Positions 55,115-64,000 of a stretch of DNA of 64,000 bases are shown piece by piece. This stretch comes from an uncultured delta proteobacterium (GTDB lineage: Bacteria; Myxococcota_A; Polyangia; Polyangiales; JAFGIB01), in the NCBI GenBank assembly GCA_963778655.1, contig CAVZVA010000005.1, positions 512,001 to 576,000 of the forward strand, read 5' to 3'. A program made the position numbers and the translations under genes. Position 1 is the stretch's first letter. Every line of letters begins with the position of its first letter. The notes beneath the pieces were generated by a model. The model was not told the origin of the DNA. It did no database searches and saw nothing but the letters and a program-made list of their open reading frames with translations.

Positions 55115-57732
55115 ACAAGACTCGCGTATACGAGGTGGCTCGCGAGCTCGGGCTCGACAATCGCGAGCTGGTCTCCAAGCTGGCGTCGCTGGGGATCCCG
55201 GTGCGCAATCACATGAGCTCGATCGACGTCGCCGACGCCGATCGAGTCAAGCGCGCGATCGAGAAGGAAAAGCAGCAGAACGTGGTCGAGGAGCGGATCC
55301 GTCCCACGGTCGTGCGCAGGCGCTCGCTGAAGCGCGACGACGGCGAAGCCGAAGCCGCCGCAGCTACAGCCGCCGCCACGCCCGCGCCGTCGGCGCCGGC
55401 CGAGCCGGCTCAGACGCGTCGCAGCGTGGAGGCCGCAGCGCCCGTGCGCCGCGCGCCGGAGCCCGCGCCCGCCGCCACCGCGCCTGCCGGGGCCAAGCCG
55501 CGCGAGGAGGAAGGCCGGCCCGCGCCCGTCGCGCCCGCGCTTGAGGCCCCCCCCGCCGTGGCCGCTCGGGCGAGCGAGCCCGAGCCGCTGCCGCCAGCAG
55601 CCGAAGCACCCGCCGCCGCTGCCGCGTCGGCCGCCGCAGAGCGCGCGTTCGAGCCGGCGGCGCGCCGCGGTGGGCCGCTGCCGTTTCAGCAGAGGCTGGC
55701 GCACAGCGACCTACCGCCCGGCGTGGTGGCGCGTGGCAACCTGGTGGCGACGCCGGTGACGCAGCTCTCGGAGGCGGCGCGCTCGCGCATCGTGTCCGAG
55801 CACGCGGCGCGCGTCGCGCAACAGGGGCCGGCGCCCAGGCGGCGCGAGCTGGCGCGCTCCGCGATCGGCCCGACCGGCCGCCAGCCGCAGCGCGGCAGGC
55901 CGGGGCGCGCGCGCAAGATGGCGCCGGGCAAGAAGGCGCAAAAGCCGGAGCTGACCACGCCCAGCGCGGCGAAGCGCGTAATCCGCATCGAGGATCAGAT
56001 CAGCCTGCAGGTGCTGGCGCAGCGCATGTCGCTGAAGGCGACCGAGGTGCTCGGCAAGCTCATGCAGATGGGCATGATGGGCGTCAACATCAACAGCAGC
56101 CTCGACGCCGACACCGCGGGGGTGCTGGCCTCGGAGTTCGGCTTCGAGGTGGAGAACGTCGCAGTCACCGACGACGCGTTCATCGTCGAGGCCCGCGGCA
56201 GCTTCGAGGACGCCGGCGAGGATCGCAAGCCGCGACCGCCAGTGGTGACCGTGATGGGCCACGTCGATCACGGCAAGACCTCCTTGCTCGACCGCATCCG
56301 CAAGACCAACGTGGCGGCCGGCGAGTCGGGCGGTATCACGCAGCACCTCGGGGCCTATCGCGTCGAGCACAAGAAGGGACCGGTCGTGTTCCTCGACACC
56401 CCGGGCCACGCGGCGTTCACCGCCATGCGCGCGCGCGGCGCCGAGGTCACCGACGTGGTGATCCTGGTGGTGGCTGCCGACGACGGCGTGATGCCGCAGA
56501 CACGCGAGGCGATCAACCATGCCAAGGCGGCCAACACGCCGATCGTGGTCGCGGTCAACAAGATCGACAAGCCGGATGCGCGGCCCGAGGTGGTCATGCG
56601 CGACCTGGCGGCCGAAGGGCTGCAGTCCGAGGAGTGGGGTGGCGACACCCAGTTCTACAAGGTCTCCGCAATCACCGGCGACGGCATCGAGGAGTTGCTC
56701 GACGGCGTGTTGCTGCAGGCCGAGCTCCTCGAGCTCAGCGCGAATCCCAAGGTGCCCGCGGCGGGCGTGGTGCTGGAGTCGTATCTCGACCGCGGCCGCG
56801 GTCCGGTGGCCAACGTGCTGGTGCACGACGGCACGCTCAGCACCGGCAACGTGGTGGTCGCAGGCGCTGCCTACGGCAAGATCCGCGCGATGACCGATGA
56901 CCGCGGCAAACAGGTGGCGAAGGCCGGTCCCTCGACGCCGGTCGAGGTGCTGGGCCTGTCGGAAGTGCCCGACACCGGCGACACCTTCTACGCAGTCACC
57001 GACTTGCGCGTCGCGCAGCAGCTGGCCGAACGTCGCAAGAAGGTAGCGCCCAAGAGCCAGCCGGTGGCCGGAGCCAAGGCCGGTCTGGATGCGCTGTTCG
57101 AGAAGATGAAGGAAGGCGAGGTCCAGGAGCTGAAGCTCGTGGTCAAGGCCGACGTCCAGGGCTCCGGGGAGGCGGTGGTCAAGGCCCTCGAGGAGCTGGC
57201 CACCGACAAGGTCAAGGTCACGGTGATCCACTCCGGCGTCGGCGGCATCACCGAGAACGACGTGATGCTCGCTTCGGCCTCGAATGCCATCATCATCGGC
57301 TTTCACGTGCGCCCGAGCGGCACCGCGTCGAAGCTGGCCAAAGAGGAACGGGTCGAGATCCGCACCTACAACATCATCTACGAGGCGGTGGACGCGGTGA
57401 AGAGCGCCATGCTCGGCTTGCTCAAGCCGGTCTATCGCGAGATCGCGCTCGGACACGCGGAGGTGCGCCAGCTCTTCCAGATCCCCAAGGGCACCATCGC
57501 CGGCTGCTTCGTCGCCGATGGCAAGATCACGCGCTCGGGTCGCGCGCGCGTGGTGCGCGACTCCGTGCCGGTGTGGGAGGGCACGATCAAGTCGCTGCGC
57601 CGGGTCAAAGACGACGTGCGCGAGGTGTCGGCGGGGCTCGAGTGCGGCGTGGGGCTCGACAACTTCAACGACGTCAAGGAGAGCGACATCATCGAGTGCT
57701 TTGAGATCCAGGAGGTGTCGGCCTCGCTGTGA
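55111..57732 (+). CDS. infB: Translation initiation factor IF-2
   Basis: [31 protein letters not shown]. Confidence 0.98.
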   Translation: MNKTRVYEVARELGLDNRELVSKLASLGIPVRNHMSSIDVADADRVKRAIEKEKQQNVVEERIRPTVVRRRSLKRDDGEAEAAAATAAATPAPSAPAEPAQTRRSVEAAAPVRRAPEPAPAATAPAGAKPREEEGRPAPVAPALEAPPAVAARASEPEPLPPAAEAPAAAAASAAAERAFEPAARRGGPLPFQQRLAHSDLPPGVVARGNLVATPVTQLSEAARSRIVSEHAARVAQQGPAPRRRELARSAIGPTGRQPQRGRPGRARKMAPGKKAQKPELTTPSAAKRVIRIEDQISLQVLAQRMSLKATEVLGKLMQMGMMGVNINSSLDADTAGVLASEFGFEVENVAVTDDAFIVEARGSFEDAGEDRKPRPPVVTVMGHVDHGKTSLLDRIRKTNVAAGESGGITQHLGAYRVEHKKGPVVFLDTPGHAAFTAMRARGAEVTDVVILVVAADDGVMPQTREAINHAKAANTPIVVAVNKIDKPDARPEVVMRDLAAEGLQSEEWGGDTQFYKVSAITGDGIEELLDGVLLQAELLELSANPKVPAAGVVLESYLDRGRGPVANVLVHDGTLSTGNVVVAGAAYGKIRAMTDDRGKQVAKAGPSTPVEVLGLSEVPDTGDTFYAVTDLRVAQQLAERRKKVAPKSQPVAGAKAGLDALFEKMKEGEVQELKLVVKADVQGSGEAVVKALEELATDKVKVTVIHSGVGGITENDVMLASASNAIIIGFHVRPSGTASKLAKEERVEIRTYNIIYEAVDAVKSAMLGLLKPVYREIALGHAEVRQLFQIPKGTIAGCFVADGKITRSGRARVVRDSVPVWEGTIKSLRRVKDDVREVSAGLECGVGLDNFNDVKESDIIECFEIQEVSASL

Positions 57733-57757
57733 GGCCCGACGCCAGGAGGCCCGGGCA

Positions 57758-58096
57758 GTGGTAGTTGGAGTCTGCCGGATCACGCTGGGCCTTCCGGGCA
57801 ACGATTCGCTCAAGGGCAAGCGCAGCGTCGTGCGCCGCATCGTGGACCGCACGCGGCATCGCTTCAACGCCGCGGTGGCGGAGGTCGCGCAGATGGATCA
57901 ACACCGCCGGGCGGTGATCGGCTTCGCGGTGGTGTCCAACGAGGCCCGCCACGCCAATTCGATGCTGGACACGATCGCCGATTTTGTCACCGGCCTGACC
58001 GAAGCGCTGATCCTGGACCGCAGCGTGGAGCTGGTACACGTGGGCGAGCCGCACGCCGGCGTGGAAGAGTGGGACGAGGAGTCGTCTGAAACGTGA
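57758..58096 (+). CDS. DUF503/YlxP family protein
   Basis: SLKGKRSVV, RFNAAVAEV, D.H; between infB and rbfA. Confidence 0.88.
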   Translation: MVVGVCRITLGLPGNDSLKGKRSVVRRIVDRTRHRFNAAVAEVAQMDQHRRAVIGFAVVSNEARHANSMLDTIADFVTGLTEALILDRSVELVHVGEPHAGVEEWDEESSET

Positions 58097-58470
58097 GCGG
58101 AGCTTCCACCAGGCGCGCCGAGCGGGTCGCGGAGCGTATCAAGGCTGAGTTGATGGATCTGCTCGTGCGAGGAGCGGTGCGGGATCCTGGCGCGGCGGAC
58201 TGCTGCGTCACCGCGGTGAAGGTGAGCGACGACCTGGGACACGCCCGTATCTACGTGCGAGTGCTGCGGGCCGAGGTGGACGAGCGCGCGCGGCAGGCCG
58301 CGCTCGCGGCCCTGTCGCGGGCGGCGGGCTTTCTGCGCCGTGAGCTTGCGCCCCGCCTCAAGCTCAAGTACCAGCCGGAGCTGCGCTTCTACTGGGACGA
58401 GGACCAGGACCGCGCGGCGCGCATCGAGGCGCTGCTTTCGGAGATCGCACGTGAAGGGGGAACGCGGTGA
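58093..58470 (+). CDS. rbfA: Ribosome-binding factor A
   Basis: RAERVAE, RDP, VSDDL..ARIY, PELRF..D. Confidence 0.93.
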   Translation: MSGASTRRAERVAERIKAELMDLLVRGAVRDPGAADCCVTAVKVSDDLGHARIYVRVLRAEVDERARQAALAALSRAAGFLRRELAPRLKLKYQPELRFYWDEDQDRAARIEALLSEIAREGGTR

Positions 58471-59474
58471 ACCAGGGATTCGAACAGGCGCTGCAGCTGA
58501 TTCGAGGCGGTAAGCGCTTCCTGCTGAGCTGTCACGTGCTGCCCGATCCCGATGCGGTGGGGTCGATGCTCGGCCTGGCCGAGATCCTCAAGGCTCTGGG
58601 CAAGGACGTCGTGCTCTACAACCGCGACCCGGTGCCGGAGACGGTGAGCTTTCTGGCGGGCGTCGCCGAAATCCGCCAGAGCGTTCCTGCCGGAGCGCGC
58701 TTCGACGCCATGCTGATCACGGACACCGCCGCGCGCTCGCTGCTGCCGCGGACGCTGCCGCCGCTGGCGATCACCGGGCCGCGCATCATCGTGGACCATC
58801 ACGTGGTGCACGACGACTTCGGCGACGTGGTGGTTCGCAATGTCGAGGCCTGCGCCACTGCGATCGTGGTGATCGAGCTGGCGACCGCGCTCGGGGTGCG
58901 CCCGCTGCCGCGGGCGGCGGCCGAGCCGCTGTATACGGCGCTGGTGGCGGATACCGGCAACTTCCGCTACGCGGGCACCACGCCGGCAACGCTGCGGCTT
59001 GCGGCCGAGCTGGTCGAGCTCGGCGTGGACCCGTGGCATGTCGCCTCGCACGTGTTCGAGAGCTGGCCGATGGAGCGGTTGCGCTTGCTCGGCTTCGCGA
59101 TCAACGCGATTGAGACCGAGTTCACCGGTCGGGTCGCGATCCTGTGCGTCCCGTGCAGTATGCTGGACCGCGCCGGCGCGAGCGAGCGGATGGTCGAGGG
59201 CATGGTCGAGTACGGCAGGATGATCAAGGGCGTCGAGGTCTCGATCATGTTGTGGGAGCGGCGACCGCGCTCCGACGAGACCGACTTCGGGCAGCTGCTG
59301 TCGCGGCTGAGCCTGCGCAGCTCCGGCAAGGTCGACGTCTCGCAGATCGCGGCCGCGCTGGGCGGCGGCGGCCACCGCGCCGCAGCCGGAGCGACCTTGA
59401 GCTGCGACCTGCGTACCGCGCGCGAGCTGGTCCTGGCCGAGGCGGGACGGGCCCTGGGCCTGATCGATTCGTGA
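58467..59474 (+). CDS. nrnA: DHH-family phosphoesterase (NrnA-like nano-RNase)
   Basis: HVLPDPDAVGS, VDHH, DTGNF, SLRS, GGGGHRAAAG. Confidence 0.85.
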   Translation: MNQGFEQALQLIRGGKRFLLSCHVLPDPDAVGSMLGLAEILKALGKDVVLYNRDPVPETVSFLAGVAEIRQSVPAGARFDAMLITDTAARSLLPRTLPPLAITGPRIIVDHHVVHDDFGDVVVRNVEACATAIVVIELATALGVRPLPRAAAEPLYTALVADTGNFRYAGTTPATLRLAAELVELGVDPWHVASHVFESWPMERLRLLGFAINAIETEFTGRVAILCVPCSMLDRAGASERMVEGMVEYGRMIKGVEVSIMLWERRPRSDETDFGQLLSRLSLRSSGKVDVSQIAAALGGGGHRAAAGATLSCDLRTARELVLAEAGRALGLIDS

Positions 59475-60415
59475 GCGATGGGATCCTGCTCGTCGACAAG
59501 CCGGCCGGACGCTCGTCGCACGACATCGTAGCGCTCGCGCGCAAGGCGCTACAGACGCGCCGGGTCGGACACGCCGGCACGCTCGATCCGCTGGCGACCG
59601 GCCTGCTGGTGCTGGGCGTGGGCGAGGGGCTGAAGATCCTCCGCTACCTGGCGCTCGACGACAAGCGCTACCAGGCGCGGATCCGTCTGGGCACGGAAAC
59701 CGACACCCTCGACTCCGCGGGCGTTGCGTTGCGCACGGCACCGCTGCCGAGCGGCCTCGGCCTGCAGCAGGTGCGCGAGACAGCGCGTGCGTTCGAGGGC
59801 AGCACGGTGCAGCAGGTGCCGGCGATCAGCGCGATCAAGCGCGCGGGCCGGCCGCTCTACGCGCGCGTGCGTCGGGGCGAGGCGGTGGATCCGCCGCAGC
59901 GCGAGGTCGTGGTTCACTCGCTCGAGATCGATGCCGTGGACGCGGCGCGCGGGGAAATTGCGCTGCGCGTGCACTGCGGCAAGGGCTTCTACGTGCGGGC
60001 TCTGGCCCGCGACCTGGCACGCGCGCTGGGCTGCGCGGGCCACCTTTCGGCGTTGCGGCGCACGGCCTCCGGCAGCTTCGAGCTCGCGGCCGCGGCGGAC
60101 TGCGCGCTGTTGCTCGAGGCGGCCGGCGGAGACCCCGCGGCGCGACAAGCGCTGGTCGGGGCGTTGCTGCCGCTCGAGCACGCGCTGCCGCACGTGCCGC
60201 GCTTGCGGCTGGACGCAGCCGGCGCCGACCATGCGCGGCACGGCCGGCCGATCCCGCTGGCGCACGTGCTGGGCGAGGCGCCGCCGCTGGACGTGCCAGA
60301 GCTCGAGCCGCTGTTGCTGAGTGACGAGCGCGGGCAGTTGCTCGCCGTCGCGCGCTGGGCCCAGTCTGCGCTGCGCGTGGTGCGCGGCCTTGCCCTGCAC
60401 GACGCGCCGCCCTGA
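59471..60415 (+). CDS. truB: tRNA pseudouridine(55) synthase
   Basis: DKPAGRSSHD, GHAGTLDPLATG, KRY, GFYVRALARD. Confidence 0.95.
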   Translation: MSDGILLVDKPAGRSSHDIVALARKALQTRRVGHAGTLDPLATGLLVLGVGEGLKILRYLALDDKRYQARIRLGTETDTLDSAGVALRTAPLPSGLGLQQVRETARAFEGSTVQQVPAISAIKRAGRPLYARVRRGEAVDPPQREVVVHSLEIDAVDAARGEIALRVHCGKGFYVRALARDLARALGCAGHLSALRRTASGSFELAAAADCALLLEAAGGDPAARQALVGALLPLEHALPHVPRLRLDAAGADHARHGRPIPLAHVLGEAPPLDVPELEPLLLSDERGQLLAVARWAQSALRVVRGLALHDAPP

Positions 60416-60456
60416 GCGCAAGTTGCGTCCGCTCGCGCTGGCGTTCGCGGCACCGG

Positions 60457-63400
60457 CTACTGAACGCTCTGCGCGACCAGCTCGGAGCTGCGCGGCAGCA
60501 GCAGCAGGTGGTCGACGGCAAAGCGCGTGCGCGGGCCGTCGCCCGAAAGCCGCGCTTGAATCCGTCCCGCGCGCAGACTGCCGGGGGGCAGCGTCCAGCG
60601 GTACTCCGCCCACGAGCCGTCCACCCGGACCGGGTCGAGATGCCGGCCCGCAATGGTGAGCTTGAGCGTTGCGGCCGCCGCCGCGTCGGTGCGGCGAATG
60701 CTCAGCGCGACCCGCACGCCGTAGGGTGCGGCGGTCACGGCTCGCGGTACCTGCAGCCACAGCGAGGCCGCCGCGCTGCGCGTGACGCAGGTGGTACGGT
60801 GCTGGTAGTCCCAGTCGTGCCGGATCGGTCCGACGTGGCAGCCGGTGAAGTCGCGCAGGCCGGGATCGCCGGCCACCAGGTCGGTGCCACCGATCGCGCC
60901 GGCGCGCAGCGCGCCCAGGCGCACCAGCGATTCGGTCGCGAGCTTGAGCGAGTCCTCCTCGGATGCAAGCTGGGTCAGCAGCGGGATCGCGCGCTTGTCG
61001 CCGAGCAACCCCAGCCCCTGCACGGTGGCGTCGCGCACGTTGGGATGGCGATCCCAGGCCAGTAGATCGATCAACGGCTCGTAGGCGCGGTCGTCGCCGA
61101 TCATGCCCAGGGCGATCGGCACCAAGTAGCGCGTGCGCCCCTCGGGCAGCACCTGGATCAGGGGATCGAGCGCGCGCGGATCGCGCAGGCGCCCGAGCCA
61201 GCGCACCGCTTCCTGACGCTCGTACTCGTCCTGCCCGATCCACAGCCCTTCGATCAGCCCCGGCACGGCACGCGGGTCGCGCAGGCGCCCGAGCGAGACC
61301 GCCGCGCGCACGCGGATCTGCGGGTCCTCCGATTCGACCAGGCGGCGCAGCGCGCTGCGCGCCCGCGGGTCGAACATGCGGCCGAGCGCGATCGCGGCCT
61401 CGGCTGCGATCCGCTTGTCCGGGTCGCCCATCGCGCGCACCAAGCTGGGGGCGGCGCGTTCGTCGGCGAGCTTGCCGAGCAGCCGCGCGGCCTCGGCGCG
61501 GTCCGCGGCCGCCGCCGCGTCATCGGCCAGCAACCGGCCCAGCGGCTGCACCGCGCGCCGATCCCCCAGCCGTCCCCACTCCAGCGCGACCGCACGCGGG
61601 TGGCCGTCGCCGATCGCGTTGGGCCCGAGCGAATCGAGCCAGCCGTAGACCTCGGCACGCAGAGCCGCCCGCAGGTCCGGCCGCTCGTCGGCCAGGTTGT
61701 CGCGCTCGCGAGGGTCGTGTTGCAGGTCGTAGAGCTCGTACAGCCCGAAACGCAGGTCGGCGATCAGCTTGTACGGCCAGCGCACCACCATCTTCTTGTG
61801 GATCACGGCGGAGAAGGTGGGCCCCACAGCCTCGTCCTGGCCAAGCGCCAGCTCGCGCACGTCGTCGCCGCGCATGCTGGGCGCAGCGTCGAGGCCGACC
61901 AGGGCGAGCAGGGTGGGCGCCAGGTCCAGCGTGGTGATCGGCGTGGCCACGCGGCGCGGCGCGAACCCGGGCGCGTTCAGGATCAGCGGCACCCGCACCT
62001 GCTCCTCGTACAGCGAGGAGCCGTGATAGACGCCGCCGTGATCGTAGAACTCCTCGCCGTGGTCTGCCGTGATGGCCACGATCACGGTGCGCTTGAGCTT
62101 GTGTCGCACCTCGCGGATCAGGCGCGCGATCTGGCCGTCCACATGCAAGATCTCGCTGTCGTAGCGATCCATGTCGGAGGTGCCGAAGTGGGTCGCCTGG
62201 TAGGGCTCGTGCACGTCGAAGTAGTGCACCCAGAAGAAGGAGTTGGGCTCGCCGCGCGCGACGGTGCGGTCGACTTCCTTCAGCACACGGTCGGTGAGCT
62301 GCTCCGCGCTGTAGGTCACCTGGTCGTGCAGCGCAAAGCCGAACGCGCTCTTGGCGTAGGCGCTCAGGCGTTCGCCGGCGGTGTGGAAGATGCCCTCGGT
62401 GTAGAAGCCCGCGGTCTGGTAGCCGGCTCGCCCCAGCACCGTGGCGAGCGTCTGCCTCGGGGGCGGCTCGTTGATGTCCAGCGTCTCGTGCAGATACTCC
62501 GACGTCATCATCGAGCACAGCGAGTAGCTGGAGTGCGGGGCGGGTGCATAGACGTGATCGAACACCACCGACTGCTTGGCGAAGGCGTCCAGCTCGGGCG
62601 AGGTCGGGCGCTTGTAGCCGTAGGCGCCCAGGTGGTCGGGCCGCAGCGCGTCGATCGTGATCAGCAGCAAGTGGGCGTCGTCCAGCACCGGACCCGTGTG
62701 CTCGTGGTGCCGCTGCGCGCGGCGCGCGCGGGCGAGCTGGGCCTTCAGTCGCGCCTGCGCCATCGCGCGGCGCTGGGCCGGTTCGATCAGCAAGGGCGCA
62801 AGCGCCTGCAGCAGCGTGCGCGAGTGCGGCACGTTGGGGTTGAGCAGCGCCACCCGCACGTTCTGGTTGTGATCGAGACGCCCCAGGGTGTCGGAGAGCG
62901 CCAGGCCCGACAGCGCCAGCGCGGGCAGCAGGCCGAGCGCGAGCGCGCGACGCTGGTGCGCACCCAGGGCATGGGCCAGCAGCAAGAAGCCGGCGCTCAT
63001 GTACAGGGCGAAGGCGGCCACGGCCAGCGCGCCGTGCAAGTAGTCGTAGAGGTTCGGCAGGACCCACTGGTTGACCTTGTCCAGCGAAAGCCCGGCCGCG
63101 GCGGCCAGCAGCCCGAGCCGGCGCCGCGCCCGCGGGTCGGGCCGCGCCCGGCTGTGCAGGCGGTGCGCCAGGTAGGTTGCGGCGAGCGCTCCGGCCAGCA
63201 GCGTGCAGCACACGAGCACCTCGATCAGGTGCTTGGCGGGCAGCCGGGACATCTTCCCACCGGTGAAGAGCGAGACGCCCACGAACAGCAAGCCGGGCGA
63301 GAACACGCCGGTCAGGCGCAGCGCGCGCAGCGCGTCGGCGACGCGGGCGCGCTGCGCGAGCGATTCGACGCGCGCCGCCGCCCGCTCGAGCGCGCCCTCG

Positions 63401-63621
63401 CTAGCGCCGAGCACGGCGCCGAGCGCGCAGCCGACCGCGACCCCCAGCGGTGCTTGAATCCCGAGCAGGCGCTCCAGCAGCGCGGCCCGGTCGCGCAAGC
63501 CGTCGAGCCACAGCCAGTGCGCCCCGAAATCGGAGAGCGCGCTGGCGGTCGCGGCGAGGCCGCCCAACAGACCCCCGAGGGCGGCCGCATGAACCAGGCG
63601 GCGCAAAAAGGTAGACGACAC
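60457..63621 (-). CDS. Multi-pass membrane protein with sulfatase/alkaline-phosphatase-superfamily domain and HEAT repeats
   Basis: N-terminal TM helices; ITIDALRPDH, FDVHEPY, TADHGE, HG, VRVPL; repeated A..LG.L.D.RA. Confidence 0.85.
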   Translation of the reverse strand: MSSTFLRRLVHAAALGGLLGGLAATASALSDFGAHWLWLDGLRDRAALLERLLGIQAPLGVAVGCALGAVLGASEGALERAAARVESLAQRARVADALRALRLTGVFSPGLLFVGVSLFTGGKMSRLPAKHLIEVLVCCTLLAGALAATYLAHRLHSRARPDPRARRRLGLLAAAAGLSLDKVNQWVLPNLYDYLHGALAVAAFALYMSAGFLLLAHALGAHQRRALALGLLPALALSGLALSDTLGRLDHNQNVRVALLNPNVPHSRTLLQALAPLLIEPAQRRAMAQARLKAQLARARRAQRHHEHTGPVLDDAHLLLITIDALRPDHLGAYGYKRPTSPELDAFAKQSVVFDHVYAPAPHSSYSLCSMMTSEYLHETLDINEPPPRQTLATVLGRAGYQTAGFYTEGIFHTAGERLSAYAKSAFGFALHDQVTYSAEQLTDRVLKEVDRTVARGEPNSFFWVHYFDVHEPYQATHFGTSDMDRYDSEILHVDGQIARLIREVRHKLKRTVIVAITADHGEEFYDHGGVYHGSSLYEEQVRVPLILNAPGFAPRRVATPITTLDLAPTLLALVGLDAAPSMRGDDVRELALGQDEAVGPTFSAVIHKKMVVRWPYKLIADLRFGLYELYDLQHDPRERDNLADERPDLRAALRAEVYGWLDSLGPNAIGDGHPRAVALEWGRLGDRRAVQPLGRLLADDAAAAADRAEAARLLGKLADERAAPSLVRAMGDPDKRIAAEAAIALGRMFDPRARSALRRLVESEDPQIRVRAAVSLGRLRDPRAVPGLIEGLWIGQDEYERQEAVRWLGRLRDPRALDPLIQVLPEGRTRYLVPIALGMIGDDRAYEPLIDLLAWDRHPNVRDATVQGLGLLGDKRAIPLLTQLASEEDSLKLATESLVRLGALRAGAIGGTDLVAGDPGLRDFTGCHVGPIRHDWDYQHRTTCVTRSAAASLWLQVPRAVTAAPYGVRVALSIRRTDAAAAATLKLTIAGRHLDPVRVDGSWAEYRWTLPPGSLRAGRIQARLSGDGPRTRFAVDHLLLLPRSSELVAQSVQ

Positions 63622-63790
63622 CGAAGCAAACCCCGCTGCTGCGTGCGTGGCAGCATAGCGCCCGCCGGCGCGTCACAAAACCGTAACGCAGCCCTCACCC
63701 GCGGGTTCGGCACGGGTTCCAGTCCCCGTAGAATCTTCTTGGGGCAGGGGTGCCGGCGACGTCACGCCTGCTGGACCCCCCCGCGTCCGG

Positions 63791-63862
63791 AGGCGCCGAC
63801 CGGATTCGAACCGGTGTATGGAGGTTTTGCAAACCTCTGCCTGACCGCTTGGCTACGGCGCC
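63791..63862 (-). tRNA. tRNA-Cys (GCA)
   Basis: GGCGCCG acceptor stem, GAGGT-TTGCAAA-ACCTC anticodon arm, GGTTCGAATCC T-loop, U discriminator; followed by CCG, so CCA is not fully encoded. Confidence 0.96.
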
Positions 63863-64000
63863 TTGCGCACCCGCTCGGCGGGGGCGCAGCCATCGCCGTC
63901 GGGAGACCGCGAGAGCTGCGGGCCACGTGTAGCGCTTCGCTTGGGCCTTGTCCAGCTCCACAAACCCGGCTGGGTCGCTGTTGAAAGTGGGGTATATCAG

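Noticed and set aside
63791..63862. tRNA-Cys as an integration site for a genomic island
   Set aside because: No integrase and no duplicated tRNA 3' end noticed; downstream genes are housekeeping or typical lineage genes.

Overview
This is a high-GC, mostly core-genome window. It probably comes from a myxobacterium (Myxococcota); this is inferred from mglBA, PEGA-domain Ser/Thr kinases and an FHA-sigma54 activator. Housekeeping content: yceD-rpmF-fabH-fabG-acpP-fabF-rpiB, mglBA, gcvTH, mutL-miaA, mutS2, eno, ybeY, an HU-like gene, rimP-nusA-ylxR/L7Ae-infB-DUF503-rbfA-DHH-truB and tRNA-Cys. It also holds two sppA genes, a MoxR/VWA pair, a GH113, an L,D-transpeptidase and a divergent ino1/nucleotidyltransferase pair. 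I see no transposase, integrase, phage genes, CRISPR array or defence island, and I cannot establish a new biological system from sequence alone. The best leads are: (1) an octamer-based REP-like inverted repeat at five gene-boundary sites; (2) a CTAG-bounded 166-bp MITE-like hairpin followed directly by a second ~200-bp CTAG-bounded, 6S-like fold-back; (3) an inositol module with back-to-back sigma54-like promoters; (4) a secreted lipase-fold lipoprotein with GxDxG instead of GxSxG; (5) two apparent pseudoenzymes; (6) a putative beta-barrel-SppA fusion. Frameshifts in three genes suggest indel errors in the assembly. Start codons were refined by eye and family calls come from motif recognition, not database searches.
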